Under the pieces are notes generated by a model. That model saw only the letters and a program-made list of their open reading frames with translations, made no database searches and had not been told where the DNA came from. Positions 56,708 through 64,000 of a stretch of 64,000 nucleotides of DNA are shown here, one piece after another (positions within the stretch are counted from its first letter, which is position 1; every line of letters starts with the position of its first letter). The stretch spans positions 128,001 through 192,000 of the forward strand of contig JBGPFC010000002.1 of the NCBI GenBank assembly GCA_041483195.1, read 5' to 3'. The position numbers were made by a program, and so were the translations under genes. Origin of the DNA: Candidatus Eiseniibacteriota bacterium (GTDB taxonomy: Bacteria > Eisenbacteria > RBG-16-71-46).

Positions 56708-57888
56708 GCGCCGGCGCGACGCGGCGCGTGGCGAGCGAAGCGCCGCTCAACCCGCTGCTCACGGGCGCGGGCGAGTATCCGTTCATCCGCCTCGACCGCA
56801 TGAAGCAGGCGCTTCAGCCCTCCGGGATGAAGCCCATCAACTTCAGCATCGGCGACCCGCGCGAGCCGACGCCGGCGTTCATCCGCGACGAGCTGAAGCG
56901 CTCGGTGCCCGACGTCTCGAGCTATCCTTCGGTCGCTGGACTGCCCGAGCTGCGCGCGGCGTGCGCGGGCTGGCTCGCGCGCCGGTTCGGCGTATCGCTC
57001 GATCCGGAGACCCAGATCCTCCCGGCCAACGGCACCAAGGAGGCGGTCTTCCTGCTCGCGTTCGCGGTCGTGGGGCGCGATGCCGCGCGCGACACGGTGG
57101 TGATTCCGACGCCCGCCTATCCGGTGTACGAGCCCGCCGCGCGTTTCGCGGGAGCGCAGGTGCACTCCGTTCCACTCGCTCGGGCCGAAGGATTTCGGTT
57201 CGATCCGGAGCGCGTGCCGGACACGGTGTGGGCTCGCACCGCGCTGCTCTGGCTCAACTACCCGCACAATCCCACCGGCGCCACGCTCGATCCGGCCGCC
57301 TACTCGCGCATCCACGAGCACGCGAGAGCGCACGGATACTGGGTGGCGTCCGACGAGGCCTACGCCGAGATCTATTTCGGGACGCCCCCGCGCAGCATGC
57401 TCGAGGCCGGATCCGACCACGTGCTCGCGCTCCACTCGCTCAGCAAGCGCTCCGCGATGACCGGCTACCGTTCGGGTTTCATGGCGGGCGACGAGCGGCT
57501 GATCGCGGCGCTCCGGCGCTTTCGTCCCAACGTGGGGGTGGCGACCCCGGAGTTCGTGCAGCACGCGGCGATCGCGGCGTGGAACGACGACGCGCACGCC
57601 GGCGACCAGCGCGCGCGGTACGCCGTCAAGCGCCGGCTGTTCCTCGACGACTTCGCGCGGCGCGGGTGGGTGACCGAGGCCAGCGAGGCGACGTTCTATC
57701 TCTGGATCCGCGCCGCGCGCGGTGACGACGTCGGCCTGGTGGAGCGCATGCTGCGCGCGGGGCTGGTGGCGCTGCCCGGCTCGTTCCTGGGGGCGGGCGG
57801 CGAGGGGTTCGTGCGCTGGGCGCTGGTGCCCACGCTCGAAGAATGCCGCGAGGCGATCGCGCGGCTCGCCACGGTCGAGAACGCATGA
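56704..57888 (+). CDS. dapC: Succinyldiaminopimelate aminotransferase (class I/II PLP)
   Basis: GTKEA, NYPHNPTG, DEAY, SLSKRS.MTGYRSG; located between dapE and dapD. Confidence 0.85.
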   Translation: MSAGATRRVASEAPLNPLLTGAGEYPFIRLDRMKQALQPSGMKPINFSIGDPREPTPAFIRDELKRSVPDVSSYPSVAGLPELRAACAGWLARRFGVSLDPETQILPANGTKEAVFLLAFAVVGRDAARDTVVIPTPAYPVYEPAARFAGAQVHSVPLARAEGFRFDPERVPDTVWARTALLWLNYPHNPTGATLDPAAYSRIHEHARAHGYWVASDEAYAEIYFGTPPRSMLEAGSDHVLALHSLSKRSAMTGYRSGFMAGDERLIAALRRFRPNVGVATPEFVQHAAIAAWNDDAHAGDQRARYAVKRRLFLDDFARRGWVTEASEATFYLWIRAARGDDVGLVERMLRAGLVALPGSFLGAGGEGFVRWALVPTLEECREAIARLATVENA

Positions 57889-58754
57889 GCGACGAGTATC
57901 CGCTCGATCGCTGGCGCGCGACGGTGGCCGAAGCCTACGACGGGCGCCGCCCACTCGACGACGCCGCGGTGCGCGGCGCGGTCGAGGGCACGGTCGCTGC
58001 GCTCGATTGCGGCGATCTGCGCGTGGCCGAGCGCGGGCCGCAGCGCGAGCGCGTGGGCGGCGCGCCGTCCCCGGGCGCGGAGTGGATCACGCACGGCTGG
58101 ATCCAGCAGGCGCTCGCGCTTTACTTCCGGCTGCGCATTTCGAAGACCATCGAGGCCGGGCCCTTCGAGTTCCACGACAAGATTCCGCTCAAGAAAAACC
58201 TCGCGGCCGCCGGCGTGCGCGTCGTGCCCCCGGGCATGGTGCGCTACGGCGCGTTCCTCGAGCCCGGGGTGATCGTGATGCCGGCCTACGTGAACATCGG
58301 CGCGCGCGTGGGGGAGGGGACGCTGGTGGACACCTGGGCGACGGTCGGATCGTGCGCCCAGATCGGCAAGCGCGTGCATCTGTCGGGCGGCGTGGGGATC
58401 GGTGGCGTCCTCGAGCCGCCGCAGAGCCGGCCGGTGATCGTCGAGGACGATTGCTTCATCGGCTCGCGCGTGATCCTGGTCGAGGGCGTGCTGATCGAAT
58501 CCGGCGCGGTGCTGGGAGCCGGCGTGGTGCTGACGTCCTCGACGCCGGTCGTGGACGTGACGCGAGCCGAGGCCGCGATCATGCGCGGACGGGTCCCGCC
58601 GCGGGCGGTGGTGATCCCGGGCACGCTGCCCAAGCAGTTTCCCGCCGGGTCGTTCGGGACGCCATGCGCGCTGATCATCGGGGAGCGCAAGGAATCCACC
58701 GACCTCAAGACCTCGTTGAACCTGGCGCTGCGGGAGTTCGGCGTGCCGATGTAG
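57885..58754 (+). CDS. dapD: Tetrahydrodipicolinate N-succinyltransferase
   Basis: HDKIPLK, RVVPP, DTWATVGSCAQIG, GIGGVLEP. Confidence 0.96.
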   Translation: MSDEYPLDRWRATVAEAYDGRRPLDDAAVRGAVEGTVAALDCGDLRVAERGPQRERVGGAPSPGAEWITHGWIQQALALYFRLRISKTIEAGPFEFHDKIPLKKNLAAAGVRVVPPGMVRYGAFLEPGVIVMPAYVNIGARVGEGTLVDTWATVGSCAQIGKRVHLSGGVGIGGVLEPPQSRPVIVEDDCFIGSRVILVEGVLIESGAVLGAGVVLTSSTPVVDVTRAEAAIMRGRVPPRAVVIPGTLPKQFPAGSFGTPCALIIGERKESTDLKTSLNLALREFGVPM

Positions 58755-58839
58755 GACCCGGCCGCGCCCGGGCCCGCACGCGAGGCCGGTTCGCGTTCGA
58801 CCGCGCCACCTCGCCGTCCACGGACCGCCGCGCCCGCGC

Positions 58840-58868
58840 TTGACCACCCCCCATCCCGCTCCTAGACT
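58840..58868 (+). promoter_or_regulatory. sigma70-type promoter of the folB operon
   Basis: TTGACC-N17-TAGACT. Confidence 0.65.
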
Positions 58869-58930
58869 CCGCGCGGTTCGTGGCGGCCGGCCATCGGGTC
58901 GTCCGCCGCTCGCACATCGGAGGCAAGCGG

Positions 58931-59290
58931 TTGGCCACCATACGTCTCGAAGGTCTCTCGGTGTTCGGGCACCACGGGGCCCGGCCCTACGAAAAGGAAG
59001 CCGGCCAGCGGCTCGAAGTCGACCTGGAGCTGGAGCCGACCGACGACCGTGCCGAGAAGAGCGATCGCCTGGGGGATGCCGTGGACTACGATCTCCTCAA
59101 TCGCACCGTGCGTGAGGTGGTCGAGGGCAAGAGTTTCCATCTGCTCGAGACGCTCGCGGCGACCACCGCCGAGACCGTGCTGGAGCGCTTCGCGGTGCGA
59201 AGGGTGAAGGTGCGGATCGCGAAGCAGAATCTGGGCTGGACGACCGGTGGACGGGCGATCATCGAAGTCGTGCGGGAGCGGCGCGCATGA
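58931..59290 (+). CDS. folB: Dihydroneopterin aldolase
   Basis: HHG....EK..GQ, SD.L.D.VDY, LLETLA. Confidence 0.92.
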   Translation: MATIRLEGLSVFGHHGARPYEKEAGQRLEVDLELEPTDDRAEKSDRLGDAVDYDLLNRTVREVVEGKSFHLLETLAATTAETVLERFAVRRVKVRIAKQNLGWTTGGRAIIEVVRERRA

Positions 59291-59781
59291 AGGCGTTCAT
59301 CGGGCTGGGCTCGAATCTCGGCGAGCGCGAGGCCATGATCCGCCAGGCGCTCGAGGAGCTGGTGCGCCTGCCCGGCACCCAGCTGACGCGGGCTTCCTCG
59401 CTCTACGACACCGAGCCGGCCGGCGAAGTGGATCAGCCGAACTTCTTGAACGCCGTCGCGCAGATCGATACCGAGCTCACCCCCCGCCAGCTGCTCTGGA
59501 ATCTGATGCTGATCGAGAAACGTCTCGGCCGCGTGCGCACCCGGCGCTGGGGGCCGCGCACCATGGATCTCGACCTGCTGCTGTACGGCGACCTCATCAT
59601 CGAGGAGCCCGACCTCGTGGTGCCGCATCCGGAGCTCACGAGGCGTTCGTTCGTCCTGGTGCCGCTCGTCGAGCTCGATCCCCTGCTGGTGCATCCGGGG
59701 ACGGGAGAAACCCTGCTCAATCATCTGTCGAGGCTGACCACGAGGCCGCCGATCAAGCGGGGCACCCGGCTCTGGAATTGA
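59287..59781 (+). CDS. folK: 2-amino-4-hydroxy-6-hydroxymethyldihydropteridine diphosphokinase
   Basis: IGLGSNLG, FLNAV, WGPRTMDLDLL, PHP. Confidence 0.96.
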   Translation: MKAFIGLGSNLGEREAMIRQALEELVRLPGTQLTRASSLYDTEPAGEVDQPNFLNAVAQIDTELTPRQLLWNLMLIEKRLGRVRTRRWGPRTMDLDLLLYGDLIIEEPDLVVPHPELTRRSFVLVPLVELDPLLVHPGTGETLLNHLSRLTTRPPIKRGTRLWN

Positions 59782-59783
59782 GG

Positions 59784-60434
59784 ATGGCGGACAATCGCTA
59801 CATCGTCGTCGAGGGGGTCATCGGAGTCGGCAAGACCACCCTCGCGCGGCTGCTGAGCGAGCGTCTCCAGGCCAAGCTGGTGCTCGAGGAAGTCGAGGAG
59901 AATCCGTTTCTCAAGGATTTCTACCGGGACCGCGCGCGCTACGCTTTTCAGACGCAGATGCACTTCCTGTTCAGCCGCTATCAGCAGCAGCGCGGGCTCC
60001 CTCAGATGGAGCTGTTCCGCGAGCGCATGGTGGCGGACTACCTGTTTCAGAAGGATCGCATCTTCGCCTCGCTCAACCTCTCGGAGCGCGAGCTGGCGCT
60101 CTACGAGCGGATGGTGGGGTGGCTCGAGCTCGAGATCATGAAGCCCGACGTCGTGGTCTACCTGCAGGCCAGCCCCGACACGCTCATGGAGCGGATCGGC
60201 CGGCGCGCGCGGCCATACGAGAAGGAGATGGAACGCGAGTACATCAAGCAGCTCAACGAGGCCTACAATCATTTCTTCTTCCACTACGCGGAGGTCCCGC
60301 TGCTGGTGGTGAACACGAACGCGATCGATTTCGTGAACAACCCGGACGACTTCGAGGATCTTCAGAAGCGGATCCTGGCGCACGGGCAGGGCACCGTCTA
60401 CTACGCACCGATCGAACGGGGGAGCACCTCATGA
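59784..60434 (+). CDS. Deoxynucleoside kinase
   Basis: VEGVIGVGKTT, ENPFL.DFY, FLFSRY; typical folK neighbour. Confidence 0.93.
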   Translation: MADNRYIVVEGVIGVGKTTLARLLSERLQAKLVLEEVEENPFLKDFYRDRARYAFQTQMHFLFSRYQQQRGLPQMELFRERMVADYLFQKDRIFASLNLSERELALYERMVGWLELEIMKPDVVVYLQASPDTLMERIGRRARPYEKEMEREYIKQLNEAYNHFFFHYAEVPLLVVNTNAIDFVNNPDDFEDLQKRILAHGQGTVYYAPIERGSTS

Positions 60435-61267
60435 GCGCCGATCCGCCGGTGAGGGCCGCTGGCCCTTCGCGCGCGAAACGCACCGCGCCGATGTTTCTGG
60501 AGTCGAAGCGGCGCGGCGAGCCGATCGTGGTCGTCACCGCCTACGATTTTCCGACCGCGCGCATCGCCGACGAAGCCGCGGTGGACATGATCCTGATCGG
60601 CGACAGCGTTGGCACCGTGGTGCTCGGCTACGAGAGCACGCTGCCGGTGACCATGGAGGACATGCTCCACCACACGAAGGCGGTGACGCGGGCGAAGCCC
60701 CTGGCGCTCGTCATCGCCGACATGCCGTTCATGTCGTACCAGGTGAGCGTCGAGCAGGCGGTGCTGAACGCCGGGCGGCTGGTGCAGGAGGGCGGCGCCG
60801 ACGCGGTCAAGCTCGAGGGCGGCGAGCGGGTCGCCGAGGCGGTGCGGCGCATCGTGGAAGTCGGCATTCCGGTGATGGGCCACCTCGGTCTCACGCCGCA
60901 GTCGGTGCTCGCGTTCGGCGGATACAAGGTGCAGGCGCGCGGCGAGGCCGACCAGGAGCGCCTGTTGCGCGAGGCCCGGCTGCTCGAATCGTGCGGCTGC
61001 TTCTCGCTGGTGCTGGAAGGCATCCCCTCGCGGCTCGGCGCGACGGTGAGCCGCGATCTCACGATTCCCACCATCGGGATCGGCGCGGGCCCCGGCTGCG
61101 ACGGGCAGGTGCTCGTCAGCCACGATCTGCTCGGGCTCTACCTCGGGCACACCCCGAAATTCGTGCGACGCTACGCCGCGCTCGCGGACGAGATGCGGAG
61201 CGCCTTCGAGCGCTTCGCGGCCGACGTGCGTGGGCGCTCATTTCCCGGCGAGCGGGAGTCCTATTGA
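60431..61267 (+). CDS. panB: 3-methyl-2-oxobutanoate hydroxymethyltransferase
   Basis: TAYD, LIGDS, ADMPF, VKLEGG, GHLGLTPQ. Confidence 0.97.
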   Translation: MSADPPVRAAGPSRAKRTAPMFLESKRRGEPIVVVTAYDFPTARIADEAAVDMILIGDSVGTVVLGYESTLPVTMEDMLHHTKAVTRAKPLALVIADMPFMSYQVSVEQAVLNAGRLVQEGGADAVKLEGGERVAEAVRRIVEVGIPVMGHLGLTPQSVLAFGGYKVQARGEADQERLLREARLLESCGCFSLVLEGIPSRLGATVSRDLTIPTIGIGAGPGCDGQVLVSHDLLGLYLGHTPKFVRRYAALADEMRSAFERFAADVRGRSFPGERESY

Positions 61268-62169
61268 TGGCGTCGCCCTCGCGCCGCGCGGTACGTCGCG
61301 TCTCGTGGGCGTCGCGCGTCATGCGGCGGGTCCGCAAGATTTCCGATCTGCGCAGCCAGACCGCGGCGTGGCGTCGCGCGCGCGAGCGGATCGGGTTCGT
61401 TCCGACCATGGGGGCGATCCATCGCGGACACCTGAGCCTGGTGCGCCGGGCGGCGGCGGCGAACGACCGCGTCGTCGTGAGCATCTTCGTGAACCCGCTC
61501 CAGTTCGGTCCGGGCGAGGACTTCCGCCGCTACCCGCGCCCGCTCGCCAGGGACCGCGCGCTGCTGCGCGCGGCGGGGGTCGATCTGCTCTGGGAGCCGC
61601 GCATCGATGACGTCTACCCGGCCGGCGACCGCACCCGCGTGCGCGTCGCGGAGCTGGGAGAGCGCCTCGAGGGCCGGGCGCGCCCCGGGCATTTCGAGGG
61701 CGTCACCACCGTGGTGCTGCGGCTGCTGCACGCCGTGCAGCCCGACACGATGTGGGTGGGGCAGAAGGACGCTCAGCAGGCGCGGATCATCGAGCAGATG
61801 GTGCACGACCTGCACCTGCCGGTCGCGGTGCGGCGCGCGCCAACGGTGCGCGAGCCCGACGGCCTCGCCTGCTCGTCGCGCAACGCGTATCTCGTCCCCG
61901 GGGAGCGTGCGCAGGCGGTCGCGTTGTCGCGGGGGCTCGCCGAGGCGCTGCGCGTGCTCGAGGGCGGCGAGCGTTCGGCGGCACGGGTCCGGGGAGCGAT
62001 CCGCCGGGTGTGGCGCGCCCATCCGCGCGTGCGCGAGGATTACGTCGCGGTCGTGGACGCGGGGACGCTCCTGCCGGTGAAGCGCGTGCGGTCGCGCGTG
62101 CTGGTCGCGGTCGCGGCGCGGGTCGGCCGGACGCGCCTGATCGACAACCTCGAGTGGGAGCCGGCGTGA
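61267..62169 (+). CDS. panC: Pantoate--beta-alanine ligase
   Basis: PTMGAIHRGH, FVNPLQF, RPGHF, GQKD, SSRN, RLIDN; start may be 61321. Confidence 0.96.
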   Translation: MASPSRRAVRRVSWASRVMRRVRKISDLRSQTAAWRRARERIGFVPTMGAIHRGHLSLVRRAAAANDRVVVSIFVNPLQFGPGEDFRRYPRPLARDRALLRAAGVDLLWEPRIDDVYPAGDRTRVRVAELGERLEGRARPGHFEGVTTVVLRLLHAVQPDTMWVGQKDAQQARIIEQMVHDLHLPVAVRRAPTVREPDGLACSSRNAYLVPGERAQAVALSRGLAEALRVLEGGERSAARVRGAIRRVWRAHPRVREDYVAVVDAGTLLPVKRVRSRVLVAVAARVGRTRLIDNLEWEPA

Positions 62170-62945
62170 CGCGCTATCGCCATTCCGAGGTGGCGTGCCT
62201 GGTGCTCGCCGCCGGGCAGGGCACGCGCATGAACAGCGATCTCGCCAAGGTGCTCCATCCGATGGCGGGCCAGCCGCTGCTCGCTCACGTGCTCGACGCG
62301 CTCGAGCGGCTCGGGGTGGGACGCGTGCTGGTCGTGATCGGCCACCAGCGCGAGCGGGTGCGCGCGGCCTTCGATGAGCGCGGGATCGAGTGGGTGGTGC
62401 AGGCGGAGCAGCGTGGCACCGGTCATGCGGTGCTGATGGCCGGCCCCGCGCTGGAGGCCTTCGAAGGCACGCTGCTGGTGGTGTGCGGCGACACGCCGCT
62501 GCTCAGGCCCGGCACGCTCCACGAGCTGCTCGTTGCGCACGCGTCGGGAGACGCCGCGGCCACCGTGCTCTCCATGCGCGTGCCCGACCCGAGCGGGTAC
62601 GGGCGCATCCTGCGCGGCGCCGGCGACTCCGTCACGGCGATCGTCGAGGAGCGCGACGCCACCCCGGAGCAGCGACTCATCGACGAGGTGAACTCGGCGA
62701 TCTACGCATTCGACTATCCGAAGCTGGTCACCGTGCTCGCCAGGCTCAGCGCTCACAACGTGCAGGGCGAGTACTACCTGACCGACACCATCGCGTTGCT
62801 CCAGCGCGACGGGCATCGCACCGCGGTGGTGTGCGGCCCCGACTATCGCGAGCTGCTCGGGATCAACACCGTGGATCAGCTGGCCGAAGCGGAACGCATC
62901 TATTTCGCGCTGCAGGAACGTGGCAGCGAGGCGGGCGCCGGCTGA
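62166..62945 (+). CDS. Sugar-phosphate nucleotidyltransferase equivalent to the GlmU N-terminal domain only
   Basis: LAAGQGTRM, QRGTGHA, GDTPL, GYGRI, EYYLTD; ends before any hexapeptide-repeat domain. Confidence 0.9.
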   Translation: MTRYRHSEVACLVLAAGQGTRMNSDLAKVLHPMAGQPLLAHVLDALERLGVGRVLVVIGHQRERVRAAFDERGIEWVVQAEQRGTGHAVLMAGPALEAFEGTLLVVCGDTPLLRPGTLHELLVAHASGDAAATVLSMRVPDPSGYGRILRGAGDSVTAIVEERDATPEQRLIDEVNSAIYAFDYPKLVTVLARLSAHNVQGEYYLTDTIALLQRDGHRTAVVCGPDYRELLGINTVDQLAEAERIYFALQERGSEAGAG

Positions 62946-63508
62946 TGGCTCCCGCGCGGGTCACGGATCGGCTCTGGGCGCCGTGGCGCATGGCGTACAT
63001 CCGCGAAGCCGCCGCGCCGCGCGGGTGCCTGTTCTGCATGGTGCGTCGGGCGCGGGGGTCCGACCGGACGCTTCGAGTGCTCGCCCGCGCTCCGCACGCG
63101 CTGCTCATGCTGAATCGCTTTCCGTACAACCCCGGGCACCTGATGGTCGCGGCCGCACGTCACGTGGCGCGAATCGGCGATCTGGAGCCCCTGGAGCGTG
63201 AGGATCTCGTGCGGCTGCTCGCGCTCGGTGAGCAGGCGCTCGAATCCGAATACCGCCCACACGGCATGAATGTCGGCGCCAACCTGGGCAGTGTCGCGGG
63301 CGCGGGCTTTCCGGGGCACCTTCACGTCCACATCGTCCCGCGCTGGAACGGCGACACCAATTTCATGCCGGTGATCGGGGAGACGAAGGTGCTCCCCGAG
63401 TCGCTGGACCGGACCTGGCGGCGCCTGCGTCACGCGCTGGCCGGGCTCGCCACGCGCGCGCCGCGTGCCGCGACGCGCGATCGGACCGGCCGTGTCGACC
63501 GTCGCTAG
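62945..63508 (+). CDS. HIT family hydrolase (Ap4A phosphorylase-like)
   Basis: LWAPWRMAYI, CLFC, FPYNPGH, HLHVH, PRWNGDTNF. Confidence 0.92.
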   Translation: MAPARVTDRLWAPWRMAYIREAAAPRGCLFCMVRRARGSDRTLRVLARAPHALLMLNRFPYNPGHLMVAAARHVARIGDLEPLEREDLVRLLALGEQALESEYRPHGMNVGANLGSVAGAGFPGHLHVHIVPRWNGDTNFMPVIGETKVLPESLDRTWRRLRHALAGLATRAPRAATRDRTGRVDRR

Positions 63509-63917
63509 CGTCACGCGCCGGATCGCGATCACCGTGCTGGCGGTGACCGTGCTGGCGCTCATCCTCTCGTGGGGCTACGCTCGGTTCCGGCGGCTTCCGG
63601 AGATGCGCACGCGGGGCGCCGCCGAACGCGTGATCCGGGTCCAGGTGCTGAACGGGTCCGGTGAGGGCGGCATCGGTTCGCGGGTTGCCTCGACGCTCCG
63701 CGACGGAGGGTTTCACGTCGTGGAAGTCCGGAACGCGGATCGCACGGATTACTTTTCAACGCTGGTCGTGGCGCGCCGCGACGATCGGGCGGCAGCGGAT
63801 GTCGTCGCGCGCTATCTGGGAGGGCCGCCGGTGATCCGCCAGGCGTGGGATTCCGATCTGGCGGAAGTCACGGTCGTCATCGGGAGCGATCGCAGTCGAC
63901 TCCGGCTCGACCACTAG
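63492..63917 (+). CDS. LytR C-terminal domain protein
   Basis: N-terminal TM helix; VQVLNGSG, NAD, VTVVIGSD. Confidence 0.85.
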   Translation: MSTVASVTRRIAITVLAVTVLALILSWGYARFRRLPEMRTRGAAERVIRVQVLNGSGEGGIGSRVASTLRDGGFHVVEVRNADRTDYFSTLVVARRDDRAAADVVARYLGGPPVIRQAWDSDLAEVTVVIGSDRSRLRLDH

Positions 63918-63937
63918 GCGCAACCAAGGAGGAAGAC

Positions 63938-64000
63938 GTGTTCGGACTCGGCGGAGCGGAGATGGGGGTGCTGTTCCTGGTGATCCTGCTGATCTTCGGT
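63938..64000 (+). CDS. tatA: Twin-arginine translocase TatA/E, N-terminus (truncated by window end)
   Basis: AGGAGG RBS; MFGLGGAEMGVLFLVILLIFG. Confidence 0.85.
   Translation, partial: MFGLGGAEMGVLFLVILLIFG

Noticed and set aside
55634..58754. dapE-dapC-dapD cluster as a novel pathway
   Set aside because: Standard succinylase branch of diaminopimelate synthesis.
1..64000. CRISPR arrays, IS/integrase/prophage genes, defence systems, rRNA/tRNA
   Set aside because: No repeat-spacer pattern, transposase, integrase or phage motifs, RNA gene signatures or obvious compositional island seen by eye.

Overview
64 kb of chromosomal DNA from a high-GC, diderm bacterium. The gene mix is compatible with an uncultured Gemmatimonadota/Eisenbacteria/FCB-like lineage, but that placement is inference. 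The right half (about 24.7-64 kb) is mostly housekeeping and envelope genes: valS, uvrB-nadC-birA-tatC-coaX, an orphan groEL, dapE-dapC-dapD, folB-folK-dNK-panB-panC, a GlmU N-terminal-only gene, HIT, LytR_C, tatA, a GT-C/wecB glycosylation cluster, peptidases and a Ser/Thr kinase. The left ~20 kb is the interesting part. It carries the regulatory layer of a flagellar hierarchy (csrA, a FlgM-like ORF, a PAS kinase with a sigma54 activator, and a sigma54 promoter ahead of an operon containing flhG and fliA/sigma28) with no flagellar structural, export, fliW or flhF gene in the window. That operon also encodes a stand-alone sigma28 region-4 mimic, a DHp-only protein, a degenerate GGDEF protein with an intact I-site and a hybrid kinase. 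Four sigma28-type promoters point at non-flagellar targets: an orphan MglA GTPase, an unannotated 18-aa hydrophobic peptide, csrA-flgM, and a surface-glycosylation operon. I propose a repurposed, possibly developmental, sigma54->sigma28 cascade. All calls are by eye from motifs and no database searches were run. I saw no rRNA, tRNA, CRISPR array or mobile element.
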